Source of the DNA: Salpingoeca rosetta
Lineage: Eukaryota > Protista > Choanoflagellata
DNA: 64,000 nt
Assembly (NCBI GenBank): GCA_033442325.1
Contig: JAWQFM010000010.1
Location: forward strand, 1,734,187-1,798,186
Reading direction: 5' to 3'
Numbering within the stretch: position 1 is the first letter of the stretch; the number at the start of each line of letters is the position of its first letter. Under the pieces are notes generated by a model, which saw only the letters and a list, made by a program, of their open reading frames with translations, ran no database searches and was not told the DNA's origin. The position numbers and the translations under genes are program-made. Shown piece after piece: positions 54,401-64,000 of this stretch.

Positions 54401-57400
54401 ATCAACCGCCCAGTCGGTGACCGTGGCCGGCGTTGCAGCCTCTGTGGTCAGCGCCACGGCGTCCAGCATTGTCGCTGCTCTTGGCGAGGGTACAACCCAG
54501 GCTGGCCCCATTGTCGTCACGGGCGGCGAAGGCTCCCTGCTGCAGAGCGCAGCGCAGTTCCAGTACATCAACCAATCGGTGATTCTCAGCGTCAGCCCTT
54601 CCTCTGGGCAGTCCGGAACCGCTGTGCAAATCGTCGGCGAGGCCCTGCGTGCTGGCGGCGTCAATGTCTCCTCGGTCACGCTCGCTGGCATCGCTGCAAC
54701 CATCGTGTCCGAAAACGACACTGTGGTCTCGGTCACCGCGGGCGTGAACCCGTCTGGCAACGCAACCACGGGCGACGTTGTCGTGTCAGCGTCAAACGGT
54801 GGCCGCACCGTCCTGGCAAACGCCTTCTCGTACCAGCAGAGTGGAAGCATCGTGTCTGTGGTTCCTTCCTCTGGCCAAGGAGGTACATATGTCACCATCA
54901 CAGGCACTGACCTCCTGGCTGGCGGTACCAACCTCACCTCCGTGCAACTGGGCACCGTGCAGGCGACCATTGTCAGTGCTTCGTCAACAACGGTCGTTGT
55001 TCGCGCTGGCGACGGCCCAGCGGTGCAAACAGCGGTGGACGTCATGCTCACCTCAAACACCAACTCCTTCACCTCAAAGACCAACGGGTTCACGTACCTC
55101 AAGCCCGGTGAGGTGTTTGCCGTCGACCCCCAGCGCGGGCAGGGCGGCATTCAGGTGCGCATTGGTGGTGTTGACCTGTGCGGCGCTGGCTCTGTGAACC
55201 TCACATCCGTCACCCTGGCAAACATCAGCGCCACCATCGACTCGGAGGAGGGCTGTTTCCTCGTCACCGTCACGGCTGGCACCACAGACTTCAACACGTC
55301 CGTGGTTGGCGACCTGGTGCTCGTCGGCAACACGGGCTCCACGGTTCGCCTGCAGAACGCGTTCACATATGTCCCGTCCGGGCTCATCTCGTCGGTCAGC
55401 CCGGGGGTTGGCCAGGGCGGGCAGGCCGTGACGGTTCGTGGCCGTTCACTTCTTGGCGGCGGCAACAGCCTCACAGCTGCGTCCCTTGCGGGCGTCCCGG
55501 CCACGGTCATCAGTGCAAACTCAACATACGTGTCGCTGGTGGCCAACAGCGGTCCTATCTCCTCCACGCGCAGGGTGGGCGATGTCAGCCTGACTTCAGA
55601 CATTGGCGTGACTGTCACGGCCACAAACGGCTGGTCATATGCCGTCATCTCCTCCATCCAGCCAACCAGCGGCCAGGGAGGCACATTCGTCACCATCGCT
55701 GGGCAGGACCTTCTTGCTGATGGAGCTGGCATCACCGCCGTCACCCTTGCCGGCGTGCGCGCGTCATCCATCGTCTCGGCCAACGACACGCAAGTCGTTG
55801 TCCGCGCAGCCGCGCAGGCAGTGACTGTTAACCAGGCCGGCGTGGTGGAGCTGACAACAGACAATGGGCAGAGCGTCCTCTCAAGGTCAGGCCTCGACAA
55901 CAGCGACGTGCAGCGGTTCACGTACCGGCCACCAGGAGCGATTACCAGCGTGAGCCCGGCGCAGGGGCAGGCAAACACCACGGTGACCATCACCGGCACT
56001 CGCCTGCTCGGGTACGGCACAAGCGTGCAGTCTGTCACGTTTGGAAACACAACAAGCGGCACCGTCATCTCTGGAACAGACACGAAGGTTGTTGTGGTCG
56101 CACCAGAGTCCGCGGATGTCGGCGCAGTAAACATCACCATCACATCAAACACGGGTGCGATCGTTGAAACCGATGCCGCATTCACCTACGTTGCACAGGC
56201 AAGCATCAGCGGAGCAACGCCTGGTGTTGGGCAGGGTGGCACGCGGGTGACGGTGACGGGTGTGTCGCTGCTTGGCGGCGCGACGACGCTGCGGGACGTG
56301 ACGCTTGCTGGCGTGTCTGTGCGCGAGATTGTGTCGTTCAACGACACGCAGGTAGTGGTGGTTGCGGCAGCGCACGGGAGCGCGGTGTCTGGGGATGTTG
56401 TGGTGCAGTCTGCCAACGGGGCGTTTGTGAGCCTGGTTGGCGGGTTCAACTACAGCGAGCCTGGTGCTGTTGCGAGTGTGAGCCCCGACAGCGGACACGC
56501 GGGGACGCGCGTTGTGATTGAGGGCACACGGCTGCTCGGGAGCGGGTCGAGCCTTGTGTCTGTGACGCTGGGCGGCGTGAGCGTGGCTTCGATTGTGAGC
56601 GGGAACAACACGCGCGTTGTTGTGGTTGCGGCTGCTGGGAGCGCCGGTGCTGGGGACGTTGTTCTGACGGCCAACACTGGTGCGGAGGTGATTGCGACTG
56701 GCGGGTTCACGTATGTGGCCGCGGGCGCGATTGACCAGGTGCAGCCTGCGTCTGGCCAGTTTGGGACGCGCGTGACGATCAACGGGACGAACCTGCTTGG
56801 AGGCGGGTCGTCTGCTGCGACTGTGCGGCTTGGCGGCGTTGCGGCGATGGTTGTGTCTGGGACGTCGACGGAGGTGGTTGTTGTTGCTCGGAGCGGGAGC
56901 GCCGGTGTTGGCGACGTTGAGATTGTGGCTGACACGGGGGCTGTTGTGAGCAAGAGCAACGCGTGGGAGCAGCTTGAGGATGGCGTGATTACGAGCGTTG
57001 TTCCGGCGCAGGCGCAGAAGGATGCGCGCGTGACGATCCAAGGTGCGCGGCTGCTGGGCGGCGGCCAGGACATTGCGCGGGCTGTGCTTGCTGGCGTTGA
57101 TGCGACGTACGAGAGCGGGAGCGGCAGCGACACGGAGGTAGTTGTTGTGGCTGCGCTTGGCACGGCTGGTGCGAACGGCAGCGTGCTGCTTGTTGCTGAC
57201 ACTGGCGCCGAGGTGTCGCTTTCGCTCGGGTTTGAGTATGTTGCGCGCGGGAGCATCAGCAGCGTGGAGCCGAGCACGGGCTCTGCGGGGACGCTTGTGA
57301 CGATCAGCGGCAGCAACCTGCTGAGCGGCGGCGCGAGCATTGAGGGCGTGACGCTCGCTGGTGTTGCAGCTGCACAGGTTGTGAGCGGCAACGACACGGT

Positions 57401-60400
57401 GATTGTTGTTGAGGCAGGACAGCAGTCGAGTGCGGTGAGCGGGATGGTTGTGACGACCTCTGACACTGGCTCGACGAGCGTGCTGTCGAGTGGGACGGCG
57501 TTTACGTACATTGCGCCCCCGAGCATCGACACTGTGTCGCCTGCGAGCGGGCAGGAAGGGACGCGCGTGACGCTGAGCGGGCAGAACCTGCTGTGCGGCG
57601 GGTCGAGCGTGCGCACTGTGACGCTTGCGGGCGTTGCTGTTGGCACGGTTGTGAGCGAGAGCGACACGTCTGTTGTTGTTGACGCTGCGCCCGGTGCTGC
57701 TGGCAATGGCAGTGTGCGGATTGAGGCTGACACGGGGGCGTTTGTTGAGCTTGCTGATGGCTGGACGTACATTGAGGCTGGCAGCGTGAGCAGCGTTGAG
57801 CCTGCGACTGGGCAGCGTGGGTCTGTTGTTGTGATCCGCGGGACGAACCTGCTTGGCGGCGGCAGCGACGTGTCGAGCGTGACGCTTGCCGGCGTTGAGG
57901 TGACGTCGATTGACAGCGCCAACGCGACGGTTGTCGTTGTTGTTGCTGGCGGCCGGAGCACGGCTGGCGCTGGGGACGTTGTGCTGATGTCTGACACGCG
58001 GGCGACGGTGACTGCGAGCGGGGCGTTTACGTACCTGGAGCCTGGCAACATCACGAGCGTGAGCCCGAGCGTGGGCCAGGACGGCACGCGGGTTGTGATT
58101 GAGGGCGAGCGGCTGCTTGGCGACGGGGACAATGTGATGAGCGTGACGCTGGCTGGGGTTGCGGCGACGGTGACTGGCGCGTCGCAGAGCCAGATCAACG
58201 TGACGGCGCATGCGTCGACGGCCAAGACGGGCGACGTCGTTGTTGTTGGCAACACGGGCATCATTGTGAGCAGCACCAACGCGTGGACGTTTGGCACGCC
58301 TGGTTACGTTGAGGGTGTTGATCCTGGGCGTGGTGTTGCTGGCACGGAAGTGCTGATCTATGGCAACAATCTTCTTGGTTATGGTTCATCTGTGGCGAGC
58401 GTGACGCTCGATGGTATTGCTGCGAACATCACGTACCAAAGTGACGTGCTGATCAAGGTCATCGCAAATGACGGCGTTGCTGGTGCGGCCGGGGACATCG
58501 TCGTCACCGCCAACACGGGTGCTTTTGGGACTGCGGGGAACGCGTGGACATACGTCAGTGCACCCAACATTACATCAGTATCTCCTTCATCGGGCACCCT
58601 CGGAACCCTTATCACCATCCAGGGCACGTCCTTGCTCGCTGGCGCTGACAGCATCGACTTTGTGACGCTTGCTGGTGTGACAGCGACCATCACCTTCCAA
58701 AACGACACCCTCGTGGTCGTTCGGGCCGGAAGTGGCAGTGCCCGCACCGGCGATGTTGTGATTTCCACTGACAACGGTGCAACCATTCGCAATCGGAACG
58801 CTTTTACATTTGTTCAACTCGGCGAGATCCACAGCATTGAACCAACGAGCGGTATCGGTGGCACACTTGTCACGATCACTGGAAGCCAGTTGTTGCTCGG
58901 CGCACAAGGTCTTTCATCTGTCACGCTGTTCATGACCGCGGCGAGCGTGATCAGTGCAAGCAATAGCATGGTGGTTGTTCGTGCAGGCACTCCAACTCTG
59001 CCAGTAGTGGTTCAGAGCGCGGCGTCTGCCAACCCGACGACAGGCGACGTAATTGTCACCGCAACCAACGGTGCAACGATTCGGCGTACAAGCGGCTTCA
59101 CGTACATCATGTCACCGAACATCACTGACATCACACCGCCGAGCGGCCAGGTTGGGACGCGGGTGACGATTGTTGGCAGCGGTCTGCTTGCGGGCGGCAG
59201 CAGCGTGTCGAACGTGACGCTGGCCGGGGTAGCTGCGGAGAGCGTTGTGAGCGCCAACGACACGAGCGTCGTTGTAGTTGCAGGGAGCGGCAGTCCCGGG
59301 AACGGCAGCGTGACGGTGACGGCGGACACGGGTGCGTCGTACAGCAGCGACAGCGTGTGGACGTATGTTGAGGCGAGCACGATTGACAGCTTTGCACCTG
59401 TGACTGGCCAGGAGGGCACGTATGTGACGATCCGTGGGCAGCGGCTGTTTGGCGGCGGCAGCACGGTTTCGCGCGTTGTGCTTGCTGGCGTGGATGCTGC
59501 GGTGCAGGCTGGCGGCAACAGCACGTATGTAGTGGCGCGTGCAGCAGCGAGCGTTGCTGGCGCAGGCCGTGTTGTGGTTGAGAGCGACACTGGAGCGCGG
59601 GCTGTTGCGACGGGCGACTTTACGTATGCGGACGCGGGCGTTGTGACGACGCTGATGCCAGCGAGCGGGCAGCGCGGGACGCGTGTGACGATTGTTGGCG
59701 AGCGGCTGCTTGGCGGCGCGATGTCGCCGGCTGTTGTGCGGCTTGGCGGCCGCGCTGTGATGAGCGTTGTGAGCGCCAACTCGACCATGGTTGTGGTGCG
59801 GGCGTCGAACGGCACGGTTGGCACGGGCGACGTTGAGATTGAGTCTGTGAGCGGGGCCATTGTGCGCGGCGTTGGGCTGTGGGAGCAGCTTGCCGAGGGC
59901 CAGGTGACGGGCGTGTCGCCGTCGAGCGGTGCTGCTGGTACGCTGGTTACGCTGTTTGGCAGCTCCCTGACACTGGGCTCCAACACCGTGACGCTGCTGA
60001 GCGGTGGTGTATCCACGTCGGTTGTCTCTCGCAACGCCACCCATGTTGTGTTTGAGCTTCCTGCGTCTCTTCCCACCGGCTCCGTTACGTTTGCCTTGCG
60101 CGCAGACACGCTTGCAGAGGCGTCTCTCGTCGATCAGTTTACGGTGCTTGCATCTGGATCTGTCACGTCTGTGGTTCCGTCACCCTCTATCCAGGGGGCA
60201 CGGGTCACCATTCACGGCACTGGTCTGCTCGGTGGCGGTACGGCTGTAACAACAGCGTTGTTTGCATCCGAGGCAGCGACAATCCTCTCGTCCAGCGAGA
60301 CGACTGTTGTTGTGATTCTGCCTGGCCTCGATGCGCCAGGACCAGTGAACATCACACTTGTCTCCGACACTGGTGCGACCGTGTTCGTGACAAACTCGTT

Positions 60401-63400
60401 CTCGTACGCGTACTCCCCGTCCATTGACACGCTTGCGCCCACCAGTGGGCAGGAAGGCACCCGGGTTACGCTGCAAGGTTCGCTCTTGCTCGCTGGCGGC
60501 AGCAACATCACCCGCGTGTTGCTGGATGGCCGCGACGGCACTGTACTGACGTCAAACGACTCGATGGTGACGTTTGCTGTCCCAGCCAACGCACAGGGCC
60601 CTGCTGTGGTCCAGCTCATTGCAGACACGGAGGCCACCTACAACCTGACTTCGAGGTTCACGTACCTGCGTCGGCCGCGCATCAGTGCCCTTGCGCCATC
60701 GTCTGGCCAGTACGGCACGCGCGTGACGGTGAGTGGCGTGGAATTGCTTGGTGGCGGCTCGGGCGTTGCCTCGCTGACCGTGGCTGGTCAAGAGGCGCAC
60801 TCGATTGAGAGCGCTTCCAACGAAACGATTGTGTTCCGTGCCCCACAGGGCACGCAGGGCACGCAAGGCACGGTGGTGGTGACGGCCGACACGGGCGCAG
60901 TTGCGCGCGGCACACCAACGTTCTCGTATGTTGAGGCCGGCAGCATCAGCACCGTGTCGCCATCGACTGGACAGGCAGGCACCCTCGTGACTGTGACGGG
61001 CTCCAACCTGTTTGGTCTGCTGAATGGCACAGCTGTGGTGAACGCCACGCTTGCTGACATACCTGTGGCGGCGGTGGTGTCGTCCTCAGCCACGCAGGTG
61101 GTGCTCAAGGCTGCGTTGTCTGCGGTGGGCATGACGGGCTCTGTGTCGCTCGTGGCCGACAGTGGCGCGATTGTGGCCCGCTCTGCGGCTTGGACGTACA
61201 TTGCACCCGGTGCCATCACCTCTGTTGACCCCGGCGTGGGTCAGGTGGGCACCTATGTCACGCTTCGCGGCACCAACCTGCTTGGCGGCGGTGCCTCGGC
61301 GACGCAGGTGAGGTTTGGCGGCGATGCGGGCACCGTTGTGAGCGGCAACTCCACCGTGGTTGTTGCCCGCGGCGCCAATGGCACTGCAGGCACCGTGGGT
61401 GTTGCGATTGTGGCCGATACGGGGGCAACGGTGTCGCTGCCCGGTGCATGGCTGCGGCTGGCATCTGGCAGTGTGTCGAGCGTCGCGCCTGCCTTTGGAC
61501 AGGGCGGCACGCGAGTGACCATCACCGGCGTCGGGCTTCGTGGAAACGGCACCCGCGTGACCAAGGTGACGCTGCGCGGGCTTGAAGCCACCGTGATGAG
61601 CGAGAGCGACGATCAAGTGGTGGTCGCTGCTGCTGCCAGCCCAAGCGCTGGTGTTGGCGACGTGGTGCTTGAGTCTGACACGGGTGCGCAGGTGACCTCG
61701 ACGTCTGCTTGGGAGTATGTTGAGCCTGCACGTGTGGACAGCGTGTCGCCAGCCTCTGGCCAGCGCGGCACTCGTGTCACGGTGCTTGGCGCCGGCTTGC
61801 TTGCCGGCGGTGCAAACGTGACCCGCGCAAGCCTGGGCGGCACAAACGCCACCCTCCTCTCAGCCAACGACACCCGGGTTGTGCTGGCCGCGGGTGATGC
61901 TGATCCACAGGTCCTGGTTGGCCTGCGCCTGGAAATGGGCTCTGGCGCTGTGGTGACACACGCGAATGCCTTCACGTACCTGACGCGCGGCAACATTGAT
62001 TCCGTGACGCCTGCGAGCGCCAGTGCGGGTGCGCTGGTGACCATTACGGGCTCCTTGTGCGGCGGTGGCAGCTCGATTGTGGACGTGCTGTTTGACACGT
62101 TCAACTCGACCATCGAGGCGTCCAGCTGCAGCCAGGCGCGCGTGCGCGTTCCCGACACCGGCCTCAACACGTCGGTGTCTGTGAGCGTGGTGTCTGACAC
62201 GGGCAGCATTGTCGAGCTGGTTGGCGGGTTCACCTACCTTGCGGATGGCGCCATCTTGTCGATCTCTCCACCCGCGGGCCAGTCTGGAACCGTGGTTGAG
62301 ATTCGCGGCGTGAACATGCTTGGCGGGTCAGCCGGCATCTCGTCCCTCAAGCTGGCCGGCTCCAACGTGCTGGTGGATGTGGTGAGCGACACGTTCATCA
62401 ACGCGACCGTGCTCACGGGCTCTGGGCAGGGCGACGTGACGCTGGTGTCGCAGGCGGGCGTGACGCTTCGCCTGCGCAATGGGTGGACGTTCAGCCGCGT
62501 GCAGCAGCTGGAGCCGAACAGCGGCATGCGTGGCACGGTTGTCACAATCCGCGGCCTCGCACTGCTTGCCGGTGGGTCCCGCGTTGCGTCGGCGCGCCTG
62601 GGCGGCCAACCCGTTGCCAGCATCGTGTCCAACTCCTCCAGCGAGGTTGTTGTGGAGGCGGCTGCGAACCTGGTGACGGCGGACACACGCGGCGACGTGG
62701 TTCTGACGATGGACAACGGGCAGACGGTGTCGCGCTCCAACGTGTGGACATACAAGCCGCCGGGCTCGATTGACCTCGTTGAGCCTGGCAGCGGCCAGAG
62801 CGGCACGGTTGTCACGATTAGCGGCACCGAGCTGCTTGGGTACGGCACCAACTACACGTCTGTGTCCCTCTCTGGCGTTCCCGTGCAGTCGATCCTGTCT
62901 GCAAACAACACGCGCGTGGTGGTGGTTGCAGCGGCAAGCGCCACGCAGCAGGCCGGCGACGTCGTGCTTGTCTCTGACACGGGCTCGCGGGTTGTCCTTG
63001 CTGACGGCAACGCGGGCACGTTCCTGCAGGACGGGCTCTGGCAGTATGTGGCACCCGCAGAGCTGACGAGCGTGTCGCCGGCCGAGGGCCAGGTCAGCAC
63101 CCTCGTCACCGTCACCGGCACGGGCCTGCGCGGTGGCGGCAACGCCATCGACCAGGTGCTGCTGTCTGGTGTGGAGGCGGACGTGGTGAGCGAGTCCGAC
63201 ACACAGCTGGTCGTGCGGGCGCAAGCGGGCATGCCGACCGCCGTGGCCGGCAGCATTGAGATTCTGGCGGACACGGGCGCGCGCGCCGTGTTTGAGCAGG
63301 CGTGGCGCTACGTGCCTGCAGGCAACGTGTCGTCCGTGTCGCCGTCAACTGGACAGCAAGGAACGCTGGTGACCATTTCCGGCACGCGCCTGCGCGGCAA

Positions 63401-64000
63401 CTCCACGGCTGTCGAGCGTGTGCTGCTGGCTGGCGTGGAGGCGACGGTGCTGTCTGAGAGCGACGCCCTGGTGGTGGTGTCAGCGGAGGCCTCTGCCGGC
63501 ACCAGCGCTGGCGACGTGGTGCTGATTGGCAGCACGGGCGCCACGGTCACGGCCAGCACGGCGTTCAGGTACCTGACGCCGGCAAACGTGACGCTGGTGA
63601 GCCCGTCCATGGGTCAGCTCGGAACGCTGGTAACCATCACGGGCACGGCGTTGCTGGGCGGCGGCTCCAACATCTCGCGCGTGCTGTTCAACTCCACGTC
63701 CTCACTGCGGGTGCTGTCCGCAAGCGACACGGTTGTTGTGGCGGAGTCGCCGCGTTCTGGTGTTGCTGGCACGGTTGACCTGACGCTGATTGCGGACACG
63801 GGCGCCTTCACAGCAGTGACGGGCGGCTGGACGTTCCTTGAGCCCGGTGTTGTGGACAGCGTGGATCCCCCGCAGGGCCAGGTCGGCACATCTGTGACGA
63901 TCCGCGGACGCAACCTGCTGCAGGGCGCAATGAACGTGACGGCGGTGCGCTTTGGCGATGTGCTGACCCGCATCATGAGCTTCAACTCCACGCAGATTAT
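48148..64000 (+). CDS. Giant secreted or cell-surface protein with about 57 or more tandem IPT/TIG (Ig-like) domains; 3'-truncated by the window
   Basis: Exon 1 48148-48297 (MHGATT...[19 protein letters not shown] signal peptide), exon 2 48732-48843, exon 3 from 49117 to beyond 64000. The frame at 49119 equals the frame at 63960, and the ORF track lists no closed ORF in that frame, which fits one open frame of about 4960 codons. The ~86-aa repeat consensus is GxIxxVxPxxGQxGTxVTIxGxxLLGGG...GDVxxxADTGAxV...FTY. Confidence 0.92.

Noticed and set aside
49295-63991. Long minus-strand ORFs such as 56145-58211 (688 aa) and 56450-58297 (615 aa)
   Set aside because: Antisense shadows of the GC-rich IPT/TIG repeat frame. 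Their ends recur with the ~260-nt repeat period.
49117-64000. Regular ~260-bp periodicity as a CRISPR array, or bacterial contamination
   Set aside because: The periodicity is a protein repeat with no identical direct repeats or spacers. The frame is spliced to two upstream exons through GT-AG introns carrying host-type microsatellites.

Overview
Eukaryotic genomic DNA: GC-rich exons, many short GT-AG introns packed with (GT)n/(CA)n and other microsatellites, and three N gaps. The style and gene content point to a choanoflagellate such as Salpingoeca rosetta (inference). Most entries in the ORF track are microsatellite or antisense artefacts, so I rebuilt the genes by hand from splice sites. 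In order: 3' part of a TAO-type Ste20 kinase (+); intronless ZAK/MLK-like kinase (+); INF2-like formin (-); unknown membrane/polyQ protein (+); transformer-2 (+); probable kinetochore Dsn1/Mis13 (-); stand-alone PARP catalytic protein (-); dUTPase (+); TXNL1 (-); DHRS12 (+); ATP10 (-); intronless UPF0658-like multi-pass membrane protein (-); KDSR (-). The window ends inside a giant secreted protein missing from the ORF track: signal peptide plus one unbroken exon of at least 14.9 kb encoding about 57 IPT/TIG repeats. Most interesting: that giant protein, the block-wise switches in synonymous codon use inside it, and introns whose splice signals appear to be built from microsatellites. All family calls come from recognising motifs by eye, not from database searches.
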